Notes: a model not told the origin generated them from the letters alone. A DNA stretch of 64,000 bases from Malacoraja senta (GCA_038087875.1 CM075988.1:22880001-22944000); one strand, 5' to 3'. Positions 12,494 through 26,130 are shown, numbered from the stretch's first letter. Program-made: numbers and translations.

Positions 12494-14382
12494 CGCAAAG
12501 GCGGGGGCCAGGGAAAGCGGAGGAGCGCTGTCTGAAATTCACACAGTGCAAAGCCAAGGTGATACAGATGTAACTAGTAGAGTGGATAGGGATGTAACTA
12601 GTAGAGTGGATAGGGGAGAACCAGTGGATGTGTTGTATCTGGACTTTCAGAAGGCTTTCGACAAGGTACCACATAAGAGATTAGGATACAAACTTAAATC
12701 ACACGGTATTGGGGGTTCAGTATTGATGTGGATAGAGAACTGGCTGGCAAACAGGAAGCAAAGAATAGGAGTAAACGGGTCCTTTTCACAATGGCAGGCA
12801 GTGACTAGTGGGGTACCGCAAGGCTCAGTGCTGGGACCCCAGCTATTTACAATTTATATTAATGATCTGGACGAGGGAATTGAAAGCAACATCTCCAAGT
12901 TTGCGGATGACACTAAGCTGGGGGGCAGTGTTAGCTGTGAGGAGGATGCTAGGAGACTGCAAGGTGACTTGGATAGGCTGGGTGAGTGGGCAAATGTTTG
13001 GCAGATGCAGTATAATGTGGATAAATGTGAGGTTATCCACTTTGGTAGCAAAAACGGGAAGGCAGACTATTATCTAAATGGTGGCCGATTAGGAAATGGG
13101 GAGATGCAGCGAGACCTAGGTGTCATGGTACACCAGTCATTGAAAGTAGGCATGCAGGTGCAGCAGGCAGTGAAGAAAGCGAATGGTATGTTGGCCTTCA
13201 TAGCAAGAGGATTTGAGTATAGGAGCAGCGAGGTTCTACTGCAGTTGTACAGGGTCTTGGTGAGACCACACCTGGAGTATTGCGTACAGTTTTGGTCTCC
13301 AAATCTGAGGAAGGACATTATAGCCATAGAGGGAGTGCAGAGAAGGTTCACCAGACTGATTCCTGGGATGTCAGGACTTTCATATGAAGAAAGACTGGAT
13401 AGACTTGGCTTATACTCGCTAGAATTTAGGAGATTGAGAGGGGATCTTATAGAAACGTACAAGATTCTTATGGGGTTGGACAGGCTAGATGCAGGAAGAT
13501 TGTTCCCGATGTTGGGGAAGTCCAGGACAAGGGGTCACAGCTTAAGGATAAGGGGGAAATCCTTTAGGACCGAGATGAGAAAAAACTTTTTCACACAGAG
13601 AGTGGTGAATCTCTGGAACTCTCTGCCACAGAGGGTAGTTGAGGCCAGTTCATTGGCTATATTTAAGAAGGAATTAGATGTGGCCCTTGTGGCTAAAGGG
13701 ATCAGGGGGTATGGAGAGAAGGCAGGTACGGGATACTGAGTTGGATGATCAGCCATGATCGTATTGAATGGCGGTGCAGGCTCGAAGGGCCGAATGGCCT
13801 ACTCCTGCACCTATTTTCTATGTATCTATGTATACACCGCGATGAACAGGAAGGTTAAAGATGGCTAGCACAGTGTACGTTAAGCGGGGGAGGTGGGAGT
13901 GGGAGAAGGGGGGGGGGGGGGGAAGAAGGCGTGGAGACAATTTTAAGAAGCCAGACAACTTTTAATAAGCCAGTGTGAAGTTTAGCGGGCATTTAACATT
14001 ACCGGTCGGTTTTCCTTGGTTCTGAAAACTTGTGCTTATGTTTTTTTCCCCAAATGAGCCAGTGAAAATGCCCGGTCAGCAAAGGAGATTAACTAAACTA
14101 CCTACGGCTACCTCGACTACCTACAACGTCATGGCAAACAAAAGTTTCAATTTTCTCCATGGCGACCAATTGTTGGTCGCAGAAATTTTTTCGACATGTT
14201 GAAAAATTTGCTGCGACCATACTGAGGCCGTGACTAGTTCCCAGAATGCGGGAACTCCTCTCGACCATGAAGGAGAGCCACCAGAGACCACCAGCAAACA
14301 TGTGGTGATCATGAGGCGATCATGAGGCGAGCGCAGAGTTTCCTGCACTCGCCTAAAAAGTCGCCTAAGTGGGACAAGCCCT
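12342..14382. mobile_element. Non-autonomous PIF/Harbinger-like TIR element, interrupted by a CR1
   Basis: TIR agggcctgtcccactt...aagtgggacaagccct; flanks ttc and tta; same TIR as 20014-20224 and 48080-48385. Confidence 0.8.
12567..13833 (+). mobile_element. Young 5'-truncated CR1 LINE (reverse transcriptase C-terminal part, intact frame)
   Basis: YLDFQKAFDKVPH, GVPQGSVLGP, KFADDTKL motifs; 3'UTR and short ctatgt-type tail. Confidence 0.97.
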
Positions 14383-14589
14383 TTAATTGTCGAGAAAGCA
14401 TTGACTTCAAATGGCCTCGTTTTGTGCTGAGATTCTAATGAAAATTACTAAATGAAATGTTGGTGAAAAAAGTCCATCTTGAAGAGCAGGGTGGGGTTGA
14501 AGGTAGACGAAATATTTTCAAAGTTAAATGGCAATTAATTAAATTTGAAAATTCACCAAATGATAATGATAAGGACTACACCTAAGAGC

Positions 14590-15270
14590 GTCATTGGTGT
14601 TAATTTCCACAATCTTCATTGATGATACAACTGCTGATGGTAGTAGCATAATGAATTCCTATCTGCTCAAGTTTAAACAAATGCTCAAAACTCATTGGCC
14701 GGCGGTTCATTCTACAGCAAGACAATGATCCCAAACATACTGCTGAAGCAACAAAGGAATTTTTCAAAGCTAATAAATGGCCAATTCTTGAGTGGCCAAG
14801 TTAATCACCTGATCTGAATCCAATTGAGCATGTCTTTTATATGCTGAAGAGAAAACTGAAGTTGGACTAGCCCCCAAAATAAGCATAAGCTAAAGATGGC
14901 TGCAATCCAGGCCTGGCAGAGCATCACCAGAGAAGACATCCAGTAACTGGTGATGTCCATGAATCGCAGACTTCAAGCAGTCTTTGCATGCAAAGGATAT
15001 GCAACAAAATACTAAACATGACTACTTTCATTTACATGACACTGCTGTGTCACAAACATTATGGTGCCCTGAAATGGGGGGACTATGTATAAACACTGCT
15101 GTAATTTCTACATGGTGAAACCAAAATGTATAAAAATGGCCTTTATTAAAATCTGACAATGTACACTTTAACCACATGTGATTTTTTTCTATTACAAATC
15201 TCAAATGATGGAGTACAGATGCAAATTAATAAATGATGGGTCTTTGTCCCAAACATTATGGTGGGCACTG
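14590..15270 (+). mobile_element. Tc1/mariner remnant (DD34E transposase C-terminus plus right TIR)
   Basis: FILQQDNDPKHT...WPS*SPDLNPIEH; ends ...gggcactg followed by TA. Confidence 0.9.
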
Positions 15271-15797
15271 TATGTTATTCACAATTTCTCTTTGTGCATG
15301 ACAGCACTAATTGATCTTCCTTGTCTTTGCACACAGAGAGCCAGGGCACTTGAATTAGTGTTGAACACTGGCATTGCTGTAGACAGATCTGCGGATGCAG
15401 ACATCAATGCCCAGTTTAGTGGGGGGAAAGGATAGGAGAGAATATTGGGAGGGGGGGTAGGGTAGCAATTTATTTTACCGGTTGTCCACCTCTTTCCCTA
15501 TCCCGTCCCATCAATGATGAGCAATGGATAGTGCTTCCAAAAAGAGTTATAAAGGGAAATGGGGGATAGCAATAAATTATTATTTCCAGTGTAAGTTTTT
15601 AAATTCTTCTCTCTGATATATTTTGTTGCCCAGTTCAGAGAGTTTAGTGACGTGCAGTGTTTAGAGTTCACACCGATCATCAGTCACATATTCACACTAG
15701 TTCCATGTTATCCCACTTTTGAATCCACTCCCTATACATTTGGAACAACTTACAGAGGCCAATTAACTTACAAACCCTCAACTCTTTGGAATGCGAG

Positions 15798-16192
15798 ACT
15801 TTAGTTTAGTTTATTGTCAAGTGTACCATGAAACGTACAGTGAAAAGCTTTTGTTGCATGCTATCCAGTCAGCAGAATGACAATACATGATTACAATCGA
15901 GCCATTTACAGTATATAGATACATGATAAAGGAATAAAGTTAAGTGCAAGGGAAAGCCAGCAAAGTCCGATCAAGGATAGTCCAAGGGTCACCAAAGAGA
16001 TAGATAGTAGTTCAGCACTGCTCACTGGTTATGTCGGGATGATTCAGTTGCCTGATAACAGCTGGGAAGAAACTGTCCCTGAATTTGGAGGTGTGTGTTT
16101 TCACACTTCTATAACCTTTGCCTGATGGGAGAGGGGAGAAGAGGGAGTGGCCAGGGTTCAACTCGTCCTTGATTATGCTGCTGGCCTTGCCG
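15798..16192 (-). mobile_element. Rex1/Babar-like LINE 3' end nested in a SINE; related fragments near 38056-39060
   Basis: ASSIIKDELNPGHSLFSPLPSGKGYRS...FRDSFFPAVIRQLN plus (ctaaa)n tail. Confidence 0.75.
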
Positions 16193-19100
16193 TGGAAACC
16201 GGAGCAACTGGAAAAACCCACGCAGTCACAGGGAGAACATGCAAACTCCACACGGACAGCACCCGAGGTCAGGATTAATCCCGGGTCTCCAGCACTGGGA
16301 GAAAGGCAGCTCTATCACCTGTGCCTCTACCGTTCTGTGTGGGGCTGTTTTGAAACACTTGATAATCGCAGCTGAACATAATATGGTACAAATCATAACC
16401 CTTGCAGCAATAGATGCTATATTTATATACTGACCTTATTTAGTTCTCTTTACTTCCTCCACCTCACACACTGACTTCTCTATCCTTGGCTTTTAGGCTG
16501 ATCCATTAATATTTAATATAAGTGTGAGGCAAAGGACCTCATCTTTTGATTAACGTGTTACAGCTTACCTGAATCAACGCTGTCAAACAGCTGCTTCTAA
16601 TGATTCTGCTACTTCCATGTAATACATCTTTGGATTCATTTTTGTGTTGTTACTTATTCTCTAACCTCCCCTGTTGGTCTTTCACAAGCATCGCTTTTGT
16701 TATTTGTACTTTTCACTCTGTCAGACTTTCGCTTTCATTTCTTAATTTCTCTCCATCTTGCTTCATCGCAAAAAAATTTGAGTTTGCGTTGAAAGTTCAT
16801 TAATGTATTAATTGTTTCCCTTTTAATAGTTGTTGACTGATCCGCTGACTCTTTTCAACACTTAGTTTTTAATTCAGTTTTCCAATATCTTGATATTTTA
16901 ATGTATATAGTTATGAGAATTTGTATCAGAGAATAATCAGTGTTTTCTTAATCTTTTAATCTAATATTGGTTATTATTCATTAATATTCAACAAAAAAAA
17001 TTGCAGTTATTTAGTATTGTTGACATTAAAAGGTCAAGGGGTATTATCAAATTTGACAGCTACAGATATTGCTTAAAATGACATGAACATTGGTCAAAAT
17101 AGTAGGTTTCTAAAGGAGGAGAGACATGCAAAGGTGGAATGATTCAAAGAGAAAACTTCCAGACTTTAAGGGCCTTGGCAGTGAAATGTTTGGCTGTCAG
17201 ACATGGAGCGACCGACGTGACAAATCCACAAGATACCAGAATCGGATACCTGGAATGATCTTGGTTGTTTGTCTATTACAGAAATTGTGCACAAAGATAA
17301 TAATCATTAAAGAAGATAGGCACAAAATGCTGGAGTAACTCAGCGGGTCAGGCAGCAACTCTGGAGAAGAGGAATAAGTGACGTTTCAGGTTGAGACCCT
17401 TCTTCAGACAGATCTTCGGTGTAAACCAGCATCTGCAGTTCCTTCTTACACATAATAATCATTAACATTGATAATGATGTTTTCTACAGGCTAAGTGGTA
17501 CACAGATGTCTAAACCCCATGTTCACAATAAGTCCTATTATTGTACCTTAATCTGAGGAGAATGATATGCAAAAGAGTTTGCATAAATACTTGTACATGT
17601 TTATACAATATCATGCACAGTTTTTAAAATACAAATGTAGCAAACTAAATTCGGCTTGAAATATTTTTAATCTAAATCTTGGAATGTTATTTTGTATTTG
17701 GTGTGAGTCCTCATAACATTAATTTGTTATTCCATCAGATATAATGCAACAGAATAACAGAACTAAAATCTGAAAGCACACATTTCATGTATTTTACAAT
17801 TGGTATTCACAAGAACTGCATGTTTGCTGCTACGTTGGATTTCTCTGTAATGGCGATAATTGATGAGGGTATAGAAGTTGTTATTAGCAGCAAATTGCTA
17901 ACTACTTTGGAATTCAGTGGCTATGCCAAGGCTCGGTGGTTCTTCTTATTGATTTAACCGAAATGTCAGAGCAATCAAGTACTTAACTTTTGAACCATGA
18001 TATTAAAGCTCAGTAATCTTTGTTCATTTGTTAGAAAGCCTTGAACGTAATGTAGATTACATGAGTTTGTTTTTTTAATGCTAGAATTTGTCACTTTTTA
18101 GTTGTTTATTTAAAACCTGTACTATTGTCATGTTTCATTATTCATGATAACATCATAATATTTAATTACCAAGTAGTTTTGTTCAGTTTACCTTCAAATA
18201 ATGCTAAAGACCTTCTGATTTTAGATGTGATTTGAGAGCAATATATCTAAAACGGATGTACAGGAACTAAAACTCATTAAATTATCATTTAATATCGGCG
18301 TTTTTCATAACACATTATCAATTTTTGTTAAATATTCTCCCAACATTAAAAATATTATGATGGAGCACAGAGCATAGAAGAATACTTAATAATCTATTTG
18401 TTTTTTTTTACTATTAAGTCAGAGCTCTGAATCCCTTAATTTCAAAAGTAGTGTCACATCAAGGCAACTCCTATAATAATGAGATATATTTTGCGTCCAT
18501 GTGAGAGACAAGACATTGAATCGTACAGCAAGGGTACAGGTCCTTTTGCCCATGATGTCTGTGTTCAACATGATGCCAAATTAAACTAATCCCTGCTGTC
18601 TGCACTTGCTCCACATCCCTCCGTTCCCTTCATATTCATGTGCCTTTCTAAAAGACTCTTGAATGCCACTATCATATCTGCTTCCAGCACCACTCACAGT
18701 GGTGTGTTCTAGGCACCTGTCAATCTCTGTATAAAAAAAACTTGCCCTGCACATTTTTTTTAAACATCTCCCCTCTAACCTTAAACATATGTCCCCTAGC
18801 ATTTGACATTTCCATCATGGGAAAAAAGATTCTGACTGTCTACCCTATCTGTGCCTCTTGTAATTTTACAAAGTTTTAACCAACTTACCAACATTTTTGT
18901 CCAAGTCCTTTATATATACCACAAATAGCAAAGGTTTAGCACTGATCCCTTCAGAGCACTACTGGTCAAGGACATCCAGACAGACCCTTCCAACACTACA
19001 CTGTCTTCTATGGCGTAAGCCAGTTCGGAATTTAAACCACCAAGTCACAAGGGATTCCATACATCTTAATCTTCTGCATCGACGTACCATGAGGGACCTA

Positions 19101-19795
19101 GTAAAATACCTTAATAAAGTCCATGCACACAACATCGATTGCCCTACCCTCATCAATCACCTTTCTCACTTCTGAAAAATCAAGTGACCTAACCTGTACC
19201 TAACTATAACTGTCCCTAATTAGTCCATTCTCTTCCATAGGAAATCTTGTCCCTCAGAGTCTTTTCTAATAGCTTCCCCTACAATGATGTGAAATTCACC
19301 AGCCTATAATTTATTGGATTATGCCTATTTCCCTTCTTAAAAGTAGAGTGAGAGAATGTTTAGGCTATGGACATTATCTTCATTTGTAGAGTGCTTAAAC
19401 TAGAATTTGCATTATTTGTAATTCTGATTAATCTTTAATGCTGGCGCAAGTATAACATTATGAAATAATTGCTCTTTGAGGTGGTGCCATGCCTAACATC
19501 AAATACTAAGGTGCTGTTGGTACAGGTGCAGCTGGAATTCAATTTTTACTGAAATTGTTCTTTTGGCAAATCTAATGGGGGAATGATGACTAAATTGATA
19601 TTTACATAAAACAACCAATCAAAGCAATTTCTTACGGTAGAAAATGAATAGAACATTTTTAGTGCGTTATGGGTAAATTCCCCAATTTGCTCGCAGTGAG
19701 GCTGGGAAGTAGAAATATTTATTGTAGGACCATAGAGTATGGATTGGCAAATTTACCCACTATGATATATTTTCTATATTTTATCTGTTTTGCAG

Positions 19796-19958
19796 TGTTT
19801 GCTACAAAGACCCCAACACCCTGCACCTTCCAACAGAAAGATTCTCTCCAGTTCGCCGTTTCTCAGATGGCGCTGCTACCATACAGGCATTCAAGGCTCA
19901 TCTGGAGAAAATGGAGAAAAGCACAAATACAAACAGTAGTATAAAGCAGCTGCAGCAG
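19796..19958 (+). CDS. SIK3: SIK3 coding exon (YKDPNTLHLPTERFSPVRRFSDGAATIQAFKAHLEKM...SIKQLQQ), RRFS PKA motif
   Basis: cag/gtaggc flanks, phase 2 to 0; highly conserved SIK3 sequence. Confidence 0.96.
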
Positions 19959-20013
19959 GTAGGCAATTCAACAGCACTGATTAGAAAACATCAAGGAGGC
20001 AAGGGTAGAGTAA

Positions 20014-20224
20014 AGGGCCTGTCCCACTTGGGCGTTATTTGTGCGTCGTGAAGCACGATGCGCGCGTAATGCGCGCATGGCGTGCATTTACGCGCACATG
20101 GTGCGTGGTGAGACGTGGTGGCGTAGGCAGTGATGCGCGGCAGCGCCCCAGGATTTTGGGATTCTCAAAATCCTCGCGTGCCACCTGCGTGACACGCAAA
20201 TGATGGCCAAGTGGGACAGGCCCT
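20014..20224. mobile_element. PIF/Harbinger-like MITE
   Basis: TIR agggcctgtcccacttgg; TSD TAA at 20011-20013 and 20225-20227. Confidence 0.88.
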
Positions 20225-20519
20225 TAAAGCTTACTCAAGGCTGGGAAGCAATTTAGTTGATCTTATTTATTACCAGTGATGGCATGGAATCACAGAGGGT
20301 CATTGAGTCGTGCAGCACAGAAACGGGCCCTTTGGTCCACGCCGTCCTTTTTGCCTTCAACACTAATCTCATTTGCCTGTATTAGGTCTTTCTTTGCCTT
20401 GCTTATTTAAGTGCCTGTCTCAATGCCTCTTAAACATAGAAATTATATCTGATTTAACCAACTCTTCTAGCAACACATTCCTAATATCAACCACAGATTA
20501 AATCAACTTTCCCCGCATA

Positions 20520-23516
20520 TCTATCTATCTATCTATATTATATTAAAACTCTGTGGCTGCCTGACTTGTGTCTGCCATCCGCCTGACTTGTGTCACAAAT
20601 CCCCTTTGATACCGCCCTAGGCCCACACAGCACGCGGAAACGCCGATATTTTTTACCATTTCTAAAGAGATTACATTTATCTTTACGAATAGACACTCCT
20701 GATTAAATTTGGTCGTGTTTGTGTACACTTTTTTAAATAAAATACTTCTCCCCCCCCCCACCCCCAAAATTTCAAATTGTAAAAAAAACCAGCTCTCAGC
20801 CATAGAATGTTAGTGAAGGTTCCGTCGTGTGATGTCACAATGCCCGATCCTCACACATGTCCAATCGGAATGGATCCATTTACATATGCCTTTGCAGCAG
20901 CCCCAGCCCCAGCCCCTCCCCCCCACCCCCGCAGCCTGTGTTGAAGCGCGTCATCACGTGTGTGGGAATAGAGAAAGATGATTGGGGGTGATAGGGAATG
21001 GGGAACAGATGGACTGACCCTACCCCTCCCTCTTCCACTCTCCCTCCACACTATTTCCCCTCTCTCCCCCTCCCTCCACAATTTTCCCTCTCCCTCGCCT
21101 ACACCATCTCCCTCCTCTCCTCCCTCCCCCATCCCTCCCCCCTCCCCCACACCTCTCCCCCCTGTACCATCTCTCTCTACCCTCCCCCACCCCCCTCTTC
21201 TCTCCCTCTCCTCACCCTCTCCCTCTCCTCCCCCTCCTCCCCCTCCTCCCACCCCCATCACTCTCTCCCCCACCCCCCTCCACTCTCCCCCACCCCCCTC
21301 CATTCTCCCCCCTTCCCTCCCCAACCCCCTTCCCTCTCTCCCCACCCCCCTTCCCTCCCCCACCCCCTTCCACCTCCCCACTCTTCCCCCTCCATCCACA
21401 CTCTTCCCCCTCTACCCCCTATCCCATCTCGCCTCCCTCCCCCCTCCCCCACACCTCTCTCCACCTCCCTCCTCCCCCTCTCCTCGCCTCCCCACCCCTC
21501 TCTCCTCCCCCTCTCCATCTCCCTCACCTCACCCCTCTCCCGCTCATCCTCCCTCCCCAATCCCTCTCTCTCCCCCTCCCCTCTCTCCCCCCACCCCTTC
21601 CCCTACCCCGCTGTCCCTCTTCCACCACTCCCCCTACCCATCTCCCCTCCCTCTCTCCCACTTCCACCTCTCCCCAACCCCTCCCCATCTCCCTCCCCCA
21701 CCCCTCTCACCCCCACCCTTCCCTCTCCCTCCCCTCTCTTCCCCCTCTCTCCCCCCTACCCCCCTACCCTTCTCCCCCTCCCTCAACACTCTTCCCCATC
21801 TCCCTCCCCCACCCCTCTCCCCCCTCCCTTCCCTCTCCCTCCACACTCTGCCCCCTCCCTCCCCTACCCCCTCCCCTACCCCGTCCCCTACCCCCACCCC
21901 ATCCCTCTCTCCCCCACCCCCTTCCCTCTCCCCCCACCCCCTACCCCATCTCCCTCCTCTACTCCCTCACACCTCGCTCCCCCTCCCCCATCCCTCTCTC
22001 CTCTCCTCCCCTCCCCCACCCCTCTTCTCCATCTCCCTCTCCCTCTCCTTCTCCTCCCACCCCCATCCTTCTCTCCCCCACCCCTCCCACCCCATCCCTC
22101 TCTCCCCCACCCCCTTCTCCCTCCCCACTCTTCCCCCTCCCTCCACACTCTTCCCCCTCTCTCCCCTACCCCATCTCCCTCCTCCCCTCCCTCCCCCCTC
22201 TTCACCCCCATCTCCCCCCATCCCTTTCCCCTCTCTCTTGCACCACTCCCTGCTACCCCTCTCCCCCTCACTCCCCACTCTTCCCCTCTCCCTCCCCCAC
22301 CTCTATCCCTCCCCCTCCATCTCCCTCTCTCTTCCACCTACTCCTCTCTCCCCTTCCCCTCATCCCCTCTCTCCACCTCTAACATCCCCTCCCCCCCTCT
22401 CCCACCCCCCTACCCATCTCCCCCCTTCCTGCCCTCGCCGCTCTCCTCCCACTCCCCACTCTCCTCCCCCTCCCTCTCCCCACCCTGCTCTCCTCTCCCT
22501 CCCAATCTCTCCCCTTTCCTCCTCCCCCTCTCCCCTCCCTCCCCCTCTCCCCTCCCACCCCTCTTCCCTCCCCACCCCGTCTCCCTCTCCCTTCCACTCT
22601 TCTCTCCCCACCCCGTCTCCCTCTCCCCCCCTCCCCCCGCCTGTGTGTTTGGGGGTGGTTAGTGTGAGTGTGATGCCGCAGCCCCCCCCCTCCCCCAACG
22701 CGCGTTGGGGAAACAGCCCGCCAACAGTCTCTCTGTCTTTAAAAAGGAACTGCAGATGCTGGGAAATCGAAGGTACACAAAATAAGCTGGAGTAACTCAG
22801 CAGGTGCAGCAGCAGCTATGTATCGAAGAAAATAGGAAACGTTTCGGGCATAAACCCGTCTGAAGATGGATTTCGGCACAAAGCGTTGCCTATATCCTTC
22901 GCTCTATAGATGCTGCTGCACCCGCTGAGTTTCTCCAGCTTTTTTTTGTGTACCAGTCTCTCTGTCTCTCCCCTCTCTCTCTCTCTCTGCCCTTCTCTCT
23001 TCACAGCCCGCGGCTCAACTCATGCACGCCCGCTCCAACCCCCCCCTTCACCTCTCTCCCCCATCCTCTCCTTCCTCTCTCCCCCTCCTCTCTCCCCCTC
23101 CTCTCTCCCCCTCCTCTCTCCCCCTCCTCTCTCCCCCTCCTCTCTCCCCCTTCCTCTCCCCTCTTCCTCTCCCCTCTTCCTCTCCCCTCTTCCTCTCCAC
23201 CCTCCTCCTCCCCCTCAATTTTTTTTTTATAACATCAAATTTTCTCTCTCGGCCCCCCACCTTCTAGACGCACCTGAGAGGTGAGGGCTATTCGTCAGTG
23301 GATAGGGTGGAGATGGGATAAAAGAAGCCAATTAATAAAATTAAGATAATATCAAGGGGTGTGATGAGTGTGTGTGTTTGTGGGTGCCAGATTCCCACCC
23401 CGCAACCGTGCTTTGGAAAAACAGACCCAACAGGTGGTTAGTGTGACGCCGCAGCCCCCCCCCCCCCACAAACGCGCGTTGGGGAAACAGACCCAACGGG
23501 TCTGCACTTGGTCTAG
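20520..23516 (+). mobile_element. Non-autonomous Helitron-like element carrying a C-rich tract
   Basis: Starts A|TC (tctatctatctatctatattatattaaaac), ends with hairpin cagaccc-aac-gggtctg (23488-23504) and CTAG|T; splits an older CR1 remnant. Confidence 0.7.
20990..22640. repeat. Polypyrimidine (C/T-rich) low-complexity tract
   Basis: Almost no G on the + strand; internal imperfect duplications, e.g. ~21360-21420 versus ~22108-22166. Confidence 0.95.
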
Positions 23517-23749
23517 TACCCTTTAAAATTCCTTCCTCGCACCTTAAACCTATCCATTTTGTTTTTGAAACCCCTACAATGGGAAAAGGTTTTGAAAACC
23601 TACCCTATTTATTCCTCTCATAATTGTATGTAGTTATATAAGGTCACCCCTCAGCCTCCTTTGCTCTGAGGAAAACAGAGCCAGCCTATCCAATCTTTCC
23701 CTATATCTAAAGTTCTCCAATTCAGGCAGCATCCTGTGGAATCTCGAGA

Positions 23750-24450
23750 TAAAGAGACTGTAGATGCTAGAATCTGGAGCACAAAATAACTGCTGGAGGA
23801 ACTCAGCAGGCCAGGCAGCATCTGTGGAGAAGAAACAGTTGGTGTTTTGGGTCAAGACCCTGGATCAGGACTGAGAATGTAAAGAGGGAGATGGCTAGAA
23901 TGGGAATGTGAGTTGATAGTTGGAACTGGGATGTGGAGGGAGATGTTGATGCCGGGAAGGGGAGGGTGGAAGGTGATGGATGGAGACAAAGCAGCTCACA
24001 GATTCTGGAATCTGATAAGAAAGGAAGTTAATAAATAGAACCAGATAAGGGAGTGATGATGGGCATGGAACCAGTGAGGGAGGGGAAAGAAATTTAATAA
24101 TGGAGGGCTGGGGAGTGGAGTTTGGAAAGAAGAAAACTTGGGTGGGTCGGAAAGAGAAAGAAATCAACATGGATTGTGCGGGTTAGCAAAAATTGAAAAT
24201 TCAATGTTCATTCCATTAAGTTGTAAATTAGCCAGTAGGAAAATGAGCCAGTGTTCTTCTAGTTTGCCGTGGAGAGGTCAGACTGTTGGTGTTAGAATGG
24301 AGAGTTGAAATGGAATGCAGGTGCTCAGCAAGGCAATCATCTAGTCTACGTTTGGTCTCGCTGATTAACTGAAGGACACATTGCACGCACAAACTGTAAA
24401 AGACCAGGTAGGAAGAGGTGCATGTGATTCTCTGCCTCACCTGGAAGAGC
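23750..24450 (-). mobile_element. Degenerate Penelope-like element (GIY-YIG remnant plus 3' repeat)
   Basis: FQVRQRITCTSSYLVFYSLCVQC...ISETKRRLDDCLAEHL. Confidence 0.8.
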
Positions 24451-26130
24451 TGTGGTTGGTTGATGCTCATGGAGGAGGTGTAAGGGTAGGTGTTGCGCCT
24501 CCTGTGGTTGCAGGGGAAAGTGCCAAGCGATGAAGAGGGGTGGGTGCGGAGTGATTGGGGAACAAGGGAATCACAAGGAGAATGATCCCTATGAAAATCA
24601 GAAAGTGATGGTTGACAAGCAGAGTTCCTCCAACAGTTTGATTTTGATTTTTACACCTAATAAATTTTCTCTGCACACAATACTTCAATTGCAGTCTAAC
24701 TGGATTTTTTTTAAATTACAACATTATGTCCTCAGTCTTGTATTCTGTGCCTTGGCCTGTGAATACAAGCATGCCATATGCTTTCTTCACCATTTCACCA
24801 TCCAGCATTGTTGCTACGTTTACAGAACGGTGGACTTGAACCCCAAGGTCCCTTTGTTCATTAAGATTCCTTCCCTACCATTTACTGTATTTGTCCTACC
24901 CCTGTTTGATCTCCCACTGCACCCTGCACTTGTCGGGATTCATTTCCATCTGCCATAATTTCATCTGACTTTCCACCTGATCTATACCTTGCAGTGTAGC
25001 CTCAGATAACCTTGCTCACAATCCACAACACCACCAATATTCATGTCATCTGCAATCCAAAATCCCAAAGAAAGCCCCCAGAGCATTACAATTTTACTCC
25101 AGAATCTTACTCACAAGCCTTATGATGCACATGAATGCCCCAGAGAAGGAACATCCTCAGAGCGGCGCTGACAAGTATTTATGATGAATATTGTCCGCCT
25201 AAACAGATGGGCACCGAACTATTTTATCCACCATGCTATCCAGGCTGAGGAATTTATTACTCTTCTAGATAAACTCAATAAAGGAGAAGAATTTCATCTT
25301 CTAAAAAAACCTCTTTACCAGTTTCACAAAGAAAATACTCAAAATGGGATTAATCTTCTTGGGGTAGCTATGGTGGGAATGATTCCTTAGGTTTAAAGGT
25401 GAAGAATATGCAGTTAGCTTGATTCTTCATTGAATCTTTGTAAGGAAACAGGATTTAACTATCCTGTGGATATGATGGATATCAAGTACACACCTAATCT
25501 ATTGTCTCTTAACAATTTTGAACTGTTATGTGATGAATTAAAAATGGAAAATATGCTATTTAAACCAACAATCGTGGCTAATTTTGTTTTCATAATCCAT
25601 GATCTGGGCATTACTGGTGAGAGCAGCATTTATTGCCCATCATTTATTTCCCTTTGAAAAATTGATGCACAGCTGGCTTCCTGAACCACTACATGACTAT
25701 CCACTAATAGCAAAAATATAAGCAAGACCTAAACTACAATTAGGGAATTAAAAAAACTCTTAATACTGAAGGTCTTTAGTATAGTTTACTCTTGGTCACT
25801 AAACAAAAAATGTGCACATTGGATTGGAAGTAAACATTTGCCATAAATGTTATGTGATGCAGGTGTTAGATGATGAGTGTTGTCTTCCAAAACTGAAAAT
25901 CAGAATGTACAACGTTAACCTGCTCACTGCCAAGTTTGTTTTTCACTATTGGCCATGACCCAAGTATACCTCGGAGGTGGGCACTGAACAGGTTAGCCTT
26001 GTCATACAAATCTAATGATATCTGTATTTTTGATCGATAAGATAAATATTTTAATTGATCTTGATTTGATTACTACAGAGTTCAAAATCTTGCCTCCAAG
26101 TGACCAATACTAAGCTCTTTTCATGTTTAG

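Noticed and set aside
13070..13462. Recurrent antisense 130-aa ORF (also 52106-52498, 60018-60335)
   Set aside because: Simply the reverse frame of near-identical CR1 copies
20851..22795. Long Pro/Ser-rich and Gly/Glu-rich ORFs (605 aa, 554 aa and antisense)
   Set aside because: Stop-free only because of the C/T low-complexity tract; intronic, no domain
25070..25390. Coding-looking stretch with a 69-aa ORF
   Set aside because: No recognisable motif or splice context; cannot be assigned without a search
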